DNA from: a virus
Taxonomy: Duplodnaviria > Caudoviricetes
Strand: one strand, 5' to 3'
Length of the DNA stretch: 64,000 nt
Virus record (IMG/VR): IMGVR_UViG_2563367162_000001
Coordinates: 1 to 64,000 of that record
Shown here: positions 1-10,079 of the stretch, in pieces
Numbering within the stretch: the stretch's first letter is position 1
How the letters are laid out: every line of letters starts with the position of its first letter
Notes under the pieces: model-generated
What the model was told of the DNA's origin: nothing
The model's input: the letters and a program-made list of their open reading frames with translations, nothing else
Database searches by the model: none
Program-made: the position numbers and the translations under genes

Positions 1-699
1 ATGAAACCCAAGAAATTAAGCCTCTTATTAACTATCTTGCCAATGATTATTGCAGCTACAGGTTGCCATTCCCGGCAAGAGTCTAAAGCAGACATCACTC
101 CTCATTGTATCAATCTTCAGGCAGACAGCCTCTACCAACAAGCAATAGCCCTGATGGAATCTTCCTATGATGTAGACTCCACCCGAAAATGCATCCGCTT
201 TCTGGACAAAGCTTTGGCAATCGACAGTTTAAATCCTGACTATTACGGCATGAAAGCCAAACTTTTATCTGAAATGGGAGAACTGGACTCCGCCCTATAC
301 ATACAAACACTTGCTATGGAGAAAAACGCAATTACCGGTGAGTATCTGTTCCAACTGGGACTACTTCAAGCTGCCAAAGATATGCACGCTGAAGCCCACG
401 AAAGCTTTGGAAAAAGCAAGGTTTTCCTTCAAGCAGTACTAAAACAATATCCCGACAGCTTGGGAGCTTTTATCCTGGCAGAAGCCGCCAATTCTCTCTA
501 CGAAAATAAAGATTCACTTTTCATGAGAAATATAGATGAAATCCGTAAACGCTTTCCCGAAAGGTTGCTGGAAATAGAGATGACCCGAAGGGTGAAACCG
601 CATTCATTGGTCAATCAAATAAGAAGGATTCAAATAGAAAAGGATTATAATATTGATTTTGATATGGATAGTCTCGTTGAGGCGACTGTAGCGAAATAA
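1..699 (+). CDS. TPR-repeat lipoprotein
   Basis: N-terminal signal with lipobox-like ATGC; helical TPR-like segments (KALAIDSLNPDYY, YLFQLGLLQA). Confidence 0.7.
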   Translation: MKPKKLSLLLTILPMIIAATGCHSRQESKADITPHCINLQADSLYQQAIALMESSYDVDSTRKCIRFLDKALAIDSLNPDYYGMKAKLLSEMGELDSALYIQTLAMEKNAITGEYLFQLGLLQAAKDMHAEAHESFGKSKVFLQAVLKQYPDSLGAFILAEAANSLYENKDSLFMRNIDEIRKRFPERLLEIEMTRRVKPHSLVNQIRRIQIEKDYNIDFDMDSLVEATVAK

Positions 700-842
700 C
701 TTTTTTCCAAATGAAAAATGACAGCACTTTTGCCCTCACGCTCTCATTCCCGCTTCAATCCCCCTATTCATCGGAGTTACAGCGATTAGAGATCCAATGG
801 TAGCAGCGTGAGAGCAACCGTTTGCCCTCACGTTGCTACCAA

Positions 843-2864
843 TCATTCTATTTTCAGCAAATGATAAAGTGTCCCCTTACCGGACTTCCGGCAGGGAATA
901 TTCAGCTTCTGAAGCGCACGGCCGAACACAGCTACCTTATTGATAGCCAACCTGTCCCGTGTCTTCGTCTGCAAATAATTCAGAATCTGCATGGACGTCA
1001 TCCATTCGCCTCCCTCCTCTTCTTCCGCCGGACGGAGATAACAATGGAACAACTGTTCCAACGGGCTCGCCTGCTCAAATTCACGGTTCGTCTGCTTCAA
1101 AATCTTTTCATCCTCATCATCCAGCCAGTAACGCTCACCCTTATAAATGGCTTCCATCGCCTGAGCATAAAGCTGTTTGTAATTGATGGTAGCATTGGTT
1201 TTGATAGGAGCTATCACCTCAATACAGATAAAACGACGGCTGCCACTGGGATCGGCAAGCAAATCTTTCTGATTGCTGGTGCCGATAAAGGAAGCATAAC
1301 GACGCATTTCACGAATAGTATTGCCATGAGGCTTGCGCAAGTTAGCAACAGGCTTTTGCAACAAATGCTTCAGAAACCCCTGCTGGCTGACATTGATCTG
1401 ATCAAACTCATCAATGTTGATCAGAAAAAAACGTCCTAAATAACGCTCCGCTTCCTGCTTACTCTTGAAATCGATACTGTCCGTATAGCCGAAACGCAAC
1501 TCAGGCGGCAGAATAATCCGGCAAAACGTTGACTTACGATACCCTTGCGGACCGACAAGCAAAGGTGACGTACTGTTTCCATGCTGCCGATCCACCCCTC
1601 TCCAATGCGCCACCATGCTCAGAAACCAACGATAAAACAACTCCTGCCAGTACGGATTCGTACAAGGAACCAATCCTGCCAATGCACGGATACGGTCTTT
1701 CCCGTCCCAACGGCCGACATCATAAAGATATTCTTCTACAGGATTGTGCAAAGGAACATATTCCGAATTCAGAAAACGGTCTACATCACGATCCCAGGCA
1801 TTGATGCCTTCTTTCAAGGCACAGATAGAGATACTGTTGCGCACACGTTTGTCCACGGGCTTAAAGTAAAAGTGGATGGAATCACGCTGGCGGTATTCCA
1901 GATCATCTAACACGGTGTTATAACGAAATTCATAACGACGGTTCATAAATTCTTCCAGCAGAAAAGCCGTCTCCTGCTCCCTTCCGATACTGTTTTTCTT
2001 GCCAAAACCCTTACATTCCTGATAAAGATTATGAATCGTCGAGCGTATGATTCGCTCATCCTCTTCCCGATAGTAATGAATGAGTGTCTGCCGGACCGCT
2101 TCTTCTTCGGGGATACCCGCTTTGAAACAATGCTCGGCAAGGTGTACAAGCAAAGGTTGCAAATCATCTCCACGCTTCCAGTCTTCCATTTCCTGAAATG
2201 CCCTGTTCAACGCCGCTTCATAAATCTTCGTGAAAGTTTTTGCAGACTCATATCCCGGTTTCAATCGCAACAACAGATTCTTTTCACCCTGCTTGCGCTG
2301 CCGGAAAGTTTCTTCACCGGGCATAGCGAGCGGTTGTTCCAGACAGAACGGCACTGCATCGGGATTGTAATATGGAGATTCGTCCAGTGTCATGCGACAC
2401 TTCTGTGTCAGCACCGGTGCTTGCAGATTAATATCATAAGGAAGCATCGGCTGGTAGCACTTTACCGCCAGCCAGTAGGCATGAGCATGAAATAATTCCG
2501 CTTCCGCTTCTTTTTCGGGCAGTCCTCTGTCATCCGGCAGGGCAAAACGCACCCATATCTTCACGCTACGGCCACTGGAACCACAGAATGCGGCGAAAGT
2601 CTGAGGCAAGAGTGCCGCCTGCCGTTTCACATATTCCATTTCGGACGGGCCTGCCAGCCGGTTCACTTCCAACTGCACCAGTCCGTTATATTGTTTCATT
2701 TTTCGTTCGCCTTCTTTAGTGCGGGTACATTCTACGGCAGAATAGATATATGGCAGTTTGTCTATATGTTCGTACTGGCTGTACGTACCTTCCAGCATCG
2801 GTATCAGGTTTCGCAAAGCCGTAATGTGTCCCGATTTTGTCTCCGTTTTCATTTTGTTGAATAA
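843..2864 (-). pseudogene. BT4734/BF3469-like VapE/VirE-domain ATPase, 5' end cut by the prophage terminus
   Basis: VirE_N-like region, Walker A GPQGYRKST, Walker B IDEFD, FIGTSN..D.SGSRRF; the first ~19 codons of the called ORF are prophage end sequence. Confidence 0.7.
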
Positions 2865-2914
2865 TGTATAATCGCGAAAACGAAACGTACAACTTTCTAA
2901 AACGAAACGTACAA
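2865..2914 (+). repeat. Prophage end with two tandem transposase-binding sites AAAACGAAACGTACAA
   Basis: Direct repeats at 2877-2892 and 2899-2914, matching inverted copies at 37771-37786 and 37862-37878. Confidence 0.85.
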
Positions 2915-3128
2915 TTTTCATTGTTTTTTCACCCCATCAAAGCAAAGGCATTTAATCACCATTTAAGCGGTAATTAAATGCCTTTTGAACATCTGCAAAA
3001 AGTGCGGAAAATGTTGCTTTTCAGAGGCATTTTGTCTGCACTTTATTTGCTCAATTCGTAGAAAATCACTATCTTTACATAGTAATTGAGAGGTTGTTTT
3101 GCATCGGTTTATCCCGTTCGCAAACCTT

Positions 3129-3881
3129 TCATGCAACCAGCTTATCAAGCAGGCAAATGATATTTGCCTTTATCTTGCGCCTGTCTCTTTCCCACTCTAT
3201 TTGTTCCATCCCTTTGTCATATTCAGGATAAGGCTTTTCTTTGCCAACGAACTGAAATTTCTTGCATAAGGGGAAAATATAACGGTAAGTTTTCACGCGG
3301 AAAACTTCGTAATCTCCCAACAAATAGCCAATGTTCTGACGCAAATAGCCTGCTTTCTGCACGCTGTTGGTAAATGTCTGTTCGTGCTTCATTTCCCCAG
3401 TTCGAACGTGCCGCAGAAAGCGTGTATAATGAAAGCCGTAATATTTGAAATTGGCCGCTTTGTAGATAGTTCCGCAACCTAAACGACCGTCGGCAAAACT
3501 TTGTACTGCCACGACATTGGCATCCGTCTTACGAATCAGTTTGATGCTGGCGGCAATCAACACAGTTTCTGCGTTCTTTCCGAGACAGTCATCAATCCAC
3601 AGCCGATTTAATTCACACATCCACGCTTTCGGGTTCGGATGGTGGAACAGTTTTGCATTCTGGTTCTTCATGTAACCGTAAACTGCAACGCCGAGGCATT
3701 TGTCTGGTTCATCGGCGCGGAAGATACCGAAATTAAACACTCCAAAACTGCCAAAATTCCATTTATGGGAATAGTGGTGTTCTATCACCATTTGGCGGGC
3801 AAGTTCCTTTTCCACGGGTTTGATAAGCAGGTCGCCGAGCGACGAGGTTTGTTTCAGGACAAACAGATTTTCTTTAATCAT
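3129..3881 (-). CDS. mom: Mom-like (GNAT-fold) DNA adenine modification protein
   Basis: HHYSH, ELNRLW and SFADGRLGCGTIYKAANFKYYG motifs; last gene at the genome end, as in phage Mu. Confidence 0.75.
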   Translation of the reverse strand: MIKENLFVLKQTSSLGDLLIKPVEKELARQMVIEHHYSHKWNFGSFGVFNFGIFRADEPDKCLGVAVYGYMKNQNAKLFHHPNPKAWMCELNRLWIDDCLGKNAETVLIAASIKLIRKTDANVVAVQSFADGRLGCGTIYKAANFKYYGFHYTRFLRHVRTGEMKHEQTFTNSVQKAGYLRQNIGYLLGDYEVFRVKTYRYIFPLCKKFQFVGKEKPYPEYDKGMEQIEWERDRRKIKANIICLLDKLVA

Positions 3882-3947
3882 TCAGCATACTAACAATGTT
3901 TTAATGGTTTATAAATATGGTTTGAGTTATTTTTCGTACTTTTGCAG

Positions 3948-4095
3948 TCCTACCACATACGAGCGGGCTTTCCGCATACACAAAAAAAGCGTCACAACGC
4001 GGTCAAAAGGCATATTAAGCCCCTGACTGTGCGTTGTGGCGCATCTTTGTGTTAGTATGTGGTAGGATACTACTAACAGGTCGGGGGCTTTTTCT
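3948..4095 (+). ncRNA. Candidate structured ncRNA (long stem plus pseudoknot), divergent from mom
   Basis: TACTTTTG -7 promoter box just upstream; TCCTACCACATAC/GTATGTGGTAGGA stem; AAGCCCCTGAC pairs with GTCGGGGGCTT; homolog at 52705. Confidence 0.6.
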
Positions 4096-4114
4096 TTCCC
4101 CCTCTTTCAGGTGT

Positions 4115-4489
4115 CTATCGGTTCAGCAGTTCGTCCACCTGCCGCTTGCATTCGGCGCGGTAGGCTTCAAACGTGCGCAGTTCCTCGGCGTGTTCGGCCG
4201 TGTTATCGCTGTTTGCCAGAATGGCAATCTGGTCGTCGATACTGTAACGCCTGCCGATAAGCCCTGCCACGAACTTGCCGCGGCGGTTTTCGTCGGTGAC
4301 GGTGCGGGCATCGACGGAAATGCGGGTAGAACCGTCGGTTTCCTCACCTGTGTAGGAGTAGCCGCGGGCGGTTTCGCCGCTTTCCTCGTCCACCACCACA
4401 TCGGCGGGGGCTTCGTTCAGATAAAGCAGGTAGCTGTCCGCGTCATACCTTACATACTTCTTTCTTTCAATGTAACTTACTGTGTTCAT
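4115..4489 (-). CDS. Hypothetical phage protein downstream of DGR RT
   Basis: 124-aa ORF in operon with RT. Confidence 0.7.
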   Translation of the reverse strand: MNTVSYIERKKYVRYDADSYLLYLNEAPADVVVDEESGETARGYSYTGEETDGSTRISVDARTVTDENRRGKFVAGLIGRRYSIDDQIAILANSDNTAEHAEELRTFEAYRAECKRQVDELLNR

Positions 4490-4498
4490 TACTCTTTT

Positions 4499-5842
4499 TT
4501 ATTGGTCGGGATCGACTATGCTGTAAAAGCAGCGTTTGCCGTCTGTCCCGATGGGTTGCTTGATTATTTTCGCTGCAACGGGTTCGGTCAGTTCCACGCC
4601 GTCAAGCTGGCGGATAAGGGCTTTTGACCCCGTGAAAGTGATGTGCTTTATCCAAGCCATGACGGGGTTGCCCTCGTCGTCTATCACTTTGCCCTGCTCG
4701 TCCTCCATCTGCTCGTAAATCTCATATTGCAACGTCAGCATTTCACCATCGTATTTCGATTGCGAAACGTCGAAAGCCGTTATATGGATTTCACGGTTCA
4801 GGATGGTGTCGATGTGGTATTTACCACCCGTTAATTTGCCCTGTTTGGGCTTAATGTCACTAAATTTTTTCATACCGAGTATTTTTAATAAATGATTGCT
4901 GTCGCAGTGTTTCATAAAGCCCATGCGTGAAGCCACGCGAAGCCTTATTTCTTCGTCAGGCAGTCCCTTTTTACGCAAAGCGGCCAGTTCCCTGCACAAC
5001 CCCTGTTTGTTGCGTTTGCGGGCAAGGCAGTGGGTGTGGTAGGTCACGTAACCGACGAAATCGATGCCCCGACTTTCCACGGGATAGATTTGGAAGTTGC
5101 TTTTCAGCGTGAGCAGGCGGCTTTCATTCAGGTAATGGTTGATATATACCAGAACGCCGCTTAAATACTCCTTGCTGTCGGAAAGCAGCACTATATCGTC
5201 GGCGTAACGGTAATAGTACCGCACCCCGACGTCTTCCTTTAACAGGTGGTCGAGTTCCGAAAGGTACAGGTTGGCGAAATATTGGGAAATGTAGTTGCCG
5301 ATAGGCACGCCGCTGGCCGAATCTATGATGCCGTCCAGAAGCCAAAGCACGTCGGGGTCTTTCAACTTGCGCCGAATGACCTGTTTGAGTATGCCGTGGT
5401 CGATGGAGGGATAGAACTTGCGCACGTCGATTTTAAGACAGTACCGCGTCCCGTCAGGGTCACGGCGCAGGTCGGTGCGCAACTGCCGAAGCAGCGAGTG
5501 AATACCGCGCCCGCGGATGCAGGCATGGGTGTTCGAGGTGAACTGTGGCGTCCAGACGGGTTCAAGCACCTGCATGATTGCCCACTGTACAACACGGTCA
5601 CGAAAAGGCAGCTTGTAGATTTCGCGGCGTTTAGGTTCGTATTTGACAAACACCTCGTAAGAGGAGGTCGTATAGGTTCGGGTCGTCAGTTCCGCCTGCA
5701 ACTGCCGCAGGTTAGCGTCTAAATCGGCCTCGAACCGTTTAACCTCGTCACGTTTCCTTTTGCCGTTGCTCGCATTGTGGAACGCCTGCAAAAGGTTTTC
5801 CATCGAGCGGATTTGCTCGAACAAGTAACCTTTTCGTTTCAT
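4499..5842 (-). CDS. DGR reverse transcriptase with C-terminal extension
   Basis: PKRREI..LPFRDRVVQ, LKIDVRKFYPSIDH, GVPIGNYISQ, YYRYADD, GIDFVGY; adjacent to a TR/VR pair. Confidence 0.95.
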   Translation of the reverse strand: MKRKGYLFEQIRSMENLLQAFHNASNGKRKRDEVKRFEADLDANLRQLQAELTTRTYTTSSYEVFVKYEPKRREIYKLPFRDRVVQWAIMQVLEPVWTPQFTSNTHACIRGRGIHSLLRQLRTDLRRDPDGTRYCLKIDVRKFYPSIDHGILKQVIRRKLKDPDVLWLLDGIIDSASGVPIGNYISQYFANLYLSELDHLLKEDVGVRYYYRYADDIVLLSDSKEYLSGVLVYINHYLNESRLLTLKSNFQIYPVESRGIDFVGYVTYHTHCLARKRNKQGLCRELAALRKKGLPDEEIRLRVASRMGFMKHCDSNHLLKILGMKKFSDIKPKQGKLTGGKYHIDTILNREIHITAFDVSQSKYDGEMLTLQYEIYEQMEDEQGKVIDDEGNPVMAWIKHITFTGSKALIRQLDGVELTEPVAAKIIKQPIGTDGKRCFYSIVDPDQ

Positions 5843-5993
5843 CGGGTCTTCGGGTCATGGGGTCTATGGGTCTTAAAATCTGCTTTGCATAATCGGGAGC
5901 GGTCGAGGCTTACGCCCTACTGACACCCTTTTTGGCCTGTCATCTTTTGCCGAGGGGCAAGGTTCATTTCCCTGTCGCTTTTGTTTCTTTTCC

Positions 5994-6117
5994 AAAGTAT
6001 AGGGGCGACGAGTAGTTCGCATTCGTAGTCGAAGCTGCGTTGTTCGCATTCGAGTTGGACGCACCTGCGTTCGTGCCATTGTTCACGTTACCGCCAGCAG
6101 CCTGAACGCGCAAACTA
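5994..6117 (-). repeat. DGR template repeat (TR)
   Basis: AAC-rich copy of the 3' end of the target gene; every difference from the VR is at a TR adenine. Confidence 0.95.
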
Positions 6118-6162
6118 ACCACCCACGGGAAATGCAACCTGCCTTTCACTTGAAAGACGATG

Positions 6163-6173
6163 CAAAATTAACA
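6163..6173 (-). promoter_or_regulatory. Bacteroidetes -7 promoter box (TAATTTTG) upstream of TR/RT
   Basis: Matches the TAnnTTTG consensus, about 45 bp upstream of TR. Confidence 0.5.
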
Positions 6174-6305
6174 CTTTAACACCACATGCCCAAAATTCCT
6201 AAAAAATTTCGCCCGCCTAACGGCGGGATTAAAGAAAACCCCGCCGCCATTATCAGCTACATTATTTCTCGGTATGAAAAAATTTCAAAGAACGATGTTT
6301 GTTTT

Positions 6306-6321
6306 CGGGGGCTTCGCCCCG
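6306..6321 (-). promoter_or_regulatory. DGR target-recognition hairpin (GGGGC-GAA-GCCCC) downstream of VR/IMH
   Basis: GC stem with GAA loop just after the natural stop of the target gene; a second hairpin at ~6212-6227. Confidence 0.7.
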
Positions 6322-6338
6322 TGTTCGTTTTTTTCGTC

Positions 6339-7807
6339 TTACCCGATTTGCGGGTCTTCCTCGAAAAAGCAGAGGGGCGACGAGCAGCCCGCATCCGTAG
6401 TCGAAGCCGCGTGGGCGCATACGAGCTGGACGCACCCGCGTCCGTGCCATTGTGCACGCTACCGCCAGCAGCCCGAACGCGCAAACCAGTCTGTGTAGCG
6501 GCGTTTGTCCAGAAATAGTCGCAGTAGTAGGTAGAGGCAGAACCGCCCACAGACGTAGGCATACAACACAGACCCTCGTAGGATTTCTTTATGATATACC
6601 CCTCGCGCTGCGGGCATTCGCACGTCTTACGCATACCCTCACCGATATTTGCAGGGTCGAAAGCAGCATACATGGACTTTGCCACGAACACCTCCGTCTT
6701 TTCGCCTGCCGTTTGTGAAATAGTCAGACCGCGCACCCAACGCCAGAGGTTACCAAAGCCAGCGTTTACGAGGCCGAAAAAAACGGGGACTTTACATTGG
6801 TACACGGCCACGCCGTCGGCGTTCGTCACGGAATAGTCCACAAGTCCTACACCGTCGCCCATTTCAAGCCCCACGCTGGTGGGAATGACGGGATACCAGC
6901 CGTTATAATTCCCCCAATCGGGCATGTTCGTAGCACCCGCGCCAAAACCGCCCTGACGCAGGCCGTTGGCATCAAGCTGGGCGTTGAAAGCGGCCTGCGA
7001 GTTGCGCGTGCCCATGATTATCTCGAAAAGGTATTCCACAACCGCACGGGCGACAAACCAGTTAGCCTCCCACCCCTCGCCGCGTTTGCGGGCATACGTT
7101 CCGAAAGCCGTTGTACTTAATGCCGTGGCGGGCATTCCCAGCATCGTTTTTTGCGGGGCATCGGCCGCCAGCGGGTAATTATCACCCAGTGCATTGCCGT
7201 TGCCGCCACGATAACGGGGGTCGGTGGATATGACGGAACACAGTTTTTGTTCGGTTCTGTCCATCACACCCGCATCAATCCACGAAATGCCGCCTGCGGG
7301 AACGTAGATGCTGTTCTTTCCTTTGATAGGTTGGAACGTGACGGTCTGGATGCGGCGGTTGCCCTCCGTCCAAGTGGTGAAGTAGTGGGCGTTCCAGCAC
7401 CACATGCACTGCCCCATAGTGCCGTCCAGCTTCGCGGGGCTGCCGTCATCAAAACGGGTGCTGTCCGCGGCATCCAGCTTGCGACGCTTGCGGTCGTCCG
7501 TAACCAGATAGCGGCCAAGACCCAATTTGGCAGGCAGTTCCTTTAAGGCCTGCAAAGAGCCGTAATACCCCGCGGCGGTGGGCGTAGCGGCCGTTTCGTC
7601 CCACCAGCGGCCTGCGATGGGGTTGCCTGCCGTCTGGACGGCCTCCTGCAAGTTCATGCGGCGCGTCTCGCCGCTCTCATCGACCACGGCAACCTGCATG
7701 TCCGACATGCTGCCCGTGGCGGCGTCAAGCTCGTTGATGCGCTTGCCGCTCTCAAAAGCCGTCAGAAGCTGGCGGACTTTTTCTTCTTCGTTTGCGTTTA
7801 ATGCCAT
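6339..7807 (-). CDS. DGR target protein (tail fibre/receptor-binding, CLec-like C-terminus) with a 1-nt frameshift in VR
   Basis: GNLWRWV motif; C-terminal VR matches TR; natural end SSPLCFFEEDPQIG* at 6339 lies in a shifted frame. Confidence 0.85.
6366..6488 (-). repeat. DGR variable repeat (VR)
   Basis: Aligns to TR with about 17 substitutions and 1 deletion, all at TR adenines (manual alignment). Confidence 0.95.
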
Positions 7808-7820
7808 TTGAATGATGGTT

Positions 7821-9077
7821 TTAAGTGAATAATAATACGTTTGCGCCAGCCAGCAGAAGCGAGGCATGGCCTGATTTTATCAAAGACGGCCTGACGACCT
7901 CGACCGTAACGGTCTGGTGCAACGCCGTGTTTTCGGTGGGGATGACGTGGACGCGGCTTTTGCCAAGACCCAGCACAACCACCTCGCCGTCGGGTTCGAC
8001 GTCCACGGACTTGCCGTCGGAAAGCCAGAGCACGTTTTGAACGGCAAACTGCGGCAACAGGCTGGCTTTGATGTACTGTTTCACGGGGTTGCCGTAGGTG
8101 ATGCGGCGCGGAGGTTCCACGGTCATGACAAGGGGAATGACGCGCCCCGCGCTGTCGGCCTGTATGGCAAAGATGGTCTGACGCACGGCCGCGATGTCCT
8201 GACGTATTTCCGCGTCGGACTGTTGCAATCCCGTTTTCGTGTCAGTGATACGTTTGCCGAGTACCGTTTCGGCCGCTTCCGCGCGCTGGCGTTCCCCGTC
8301 GATGTTCGTTTGCAGTGTGGCTTCCGCGCCCTTTGCCCTGTCGCTTTCCACCTTGACAGCGGCCGCAATGGCTCTGTCATAAGCAGCGGTGATGTCCTTT
8401 TCAAGCTGTTCAAGCAGTCCAGAAAGGGTTTCGGTGTCGGTGATGCCTTGCAAAAAGGTTTCGATTTCCTGCCAGCGGTTTATCGTGCTGTCCGCAGTAT
8501 CCTTTGCTTCCAGAAAGGTTTTAAGCGTGTTAGCCAAAGCCCACAAAGTGCTGTAATTCGCGCCAAGCGCGGAAAACGTGCTTTCCAGAGAGCCGAAAAC
8601 GGCTGTCGGGTGCAGACGCTTCCGCAGGTGTTCCAGATTGGCGTTGGCCGTGTCGATTTCAGCCTGCTGGTCGCTGTCCGTCTTATGTAGCGCGGCAATT
8701 TCCTTGTCCTGCGCGGCGTCTTTCTTATGGATGTTCTCCACCTCGGCCTCCAGAGCGTCGATTTCTTCCTGCTGCCGTTCGTCAGTGGCTTCCAGTTCCT
8801 CGATGTTCTCAGCGATGTTGTCAAACTGTTCGGCCGAAGACTGCTTGTGCGCGTCATAGTCGCTTTTCAATTCACGGTGCTGCCGTTCCAGCTCCTGCCC
8901 CGCGGTGGCAGCGTATTTGCCGTTTAGCTGTTCAGGCAGTTCCTCTACCTGCGCGATGGGGATTTTACTTTCCTCCTTATGGACGTAGCTGTCGAGCCAG
9001 TCGGCAAACTGTTCCTCCGTCGGATACTTGCCGCGACGGAACCACGCCTTTAACTGTGCGATGCTTCTTATTGGCAT
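7821..9077 (-). CDS. Tail fibre-associated coiled-coil protein with C-terminal Ig-like domain
   Basis: N-terminal LKAWFRRGKYPTEEQFADWLDS typical of Bacteroidetes phage tail proteins; coiled coil; position in tail module. Confidence 0.65.
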   Translation of the reverse strand: MPIRSIAQLKAWFRRGKYPTEEQFADWLDSYVHKEESKIPIAQVEELPEQLNGKYAATAGQELERQHRELKSDYDAHKQSSAEQFDNIAENIEELEATDERQQEEIDALEAEVENIHKKDAAQDKEIAALHKTDSDQQAEIDTANANLEHLRKRLHPTAVFGSLESTFSALGANYSTLWALANTLKTFLEAKDTADSTINRWQEIETFLQGITDTETLSGLLEQLEKDITAAYDRAIAAAVKVESDRAKGAEATLQTNIDGERQRAEAAETVLGKRITDTKTGLQQSDAEIRQDIAAVRQTIFAIQADSAGRVIPLVMTVEPPRRITYGNPVKQYIKASLLPQFAVQNVLWLSDGKSVDVEPDGEVVVLGLGKSRVHVIPTENTALHQTVTVEVVRPSLIKSGHASLLLAGANVLLFT

Positions 9078-9097
9078 TATAGTATTCTTTTATCGGG

Positions 9098-10057
9098 TTA
9101 TCGTACTTTCATGATGTAGGCAAGGGTATAATACGGCGGGCGGTTTTCATGCTGCGCACCCCCACCCGTGGCGTTCGTGTTTCCGAACTGTACCGTCCTG
9201 TCGTGATAAGAGGTAGATCGAGGCGAAGAATTGTTCCCGCCGCCTTTCCATTTGCCGCTGTCCTCCTGCCAAAGGTTCTGCGGGTGGGTGTGGCTCGGCA
9301 TTTCGTTGATGGTGAGGGCGTGTTTCTTCTCGCCGCCCGTGTTGCCGTATTTCTTGTATTCGTCATCGAGGTCGTTATAACCCACGATGAAACGACCGCG
9401 CAGGTCGGGAAGACGGAAGAAGCCGCTTTGCGTGGTGTATCGCGTGCCGTTGTAGTTCACACCTGCGTTGAAAGCTGTGCCGAGGGCTTTGTAAAGTTCG
9501 GGGTATTCGCTGGTCTTCAACATCGCGCCATCGCACAGGGCGTAATTTTCGGGGACTTTAACACCAGCCCACATCTTGACGATGCCCAGCGGCTCGCTGA
9601 CGGAATTTGCCGCGGCGTCAGACTGTTGTTTGGAGAGGTCGGCAATCAGCTTTTCAAGTTCGGCCGACGTCTTCGGTTTCTTGAAGTCCGTCCATTTGAA
9701 ATTTTCACTGCCCACGCCTGCGGCAAGCGTCCGACGCGTGTAGGCTTTCGGGTATTCATACCCCTGCGCGTTCACTGAAACGTCCTCCAGCTTCACGTAC
9801 ATGCCCCCTGAAATGTTGCCGCCCTCCCAGCGCAGAACCTCGCCGTGCGGATAGTCACGCGTCTTGACGAACACATAGCCCGCGGCACGCTGCGTGTCGT
9901 TGTTCGTCAGCTCGCAGCCTGTAAGAATAAGTTTGTCGCCCGCGATATTGCCCAGAGCGGCCACAAGTGCCGTGCCCGCCTGCAACATGTCGAGCGTGTC
10001 GCAGTCAAGCGGAAAATCCTTGTTCGGCTGAGTCAGGAAATTACCTATCGTTTCCAT
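9098..10057 (-). CDS. Tail fibre protein with tail-collar domain
   Basis: PLGIVKMWAG..P..YALCDG, FRLPDLRGRFIVG, HENRPPYYTLAYIMK. Confidence 0.85.
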   Translation of the reverse strand: METIGNFLTQPNKDFPLDCDTLDMLQAGTALVAALGNIAGDKLILTGCELTNNDTQRAAGYVFVKTRDYPHGEVLRWEGGNISGGMYVKLEDVSVNAQGYEYPKAYTRRTLAAGVGSENFKWTDFKKPKTSAELEKLIADLSKQQSDAAANSVSEPLGIVKMWAGVKVPENYALCDGAMLKTSEYPELYKALGTAFNAGVNYNGTRYTTQSGFFRLPDLRGRFIVGYNDLDDEYKKYGNTGGEKKHALTINEMPSHTHPQNLWQEDSGKWKGGGNNSSPRSTSYHDRTVQFGNTNATGGGAQHENRPPYYTLAYIMKVR

Positions 10058-10079
10058 TCTAAAAGTCTTTAATCAGTGT

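Noticed and set aside
4499-5842. Group II intron or retron RT
   Set aside because: The adjacent A-specific TR/VR pair and IGNxxSQ motif indicate a DGR RT
5873-6149. ORFs over the TR as an avd gene
   Set aside because: They are translations of the template repeat itself (Asn-rich copy of VR), not Avd-like
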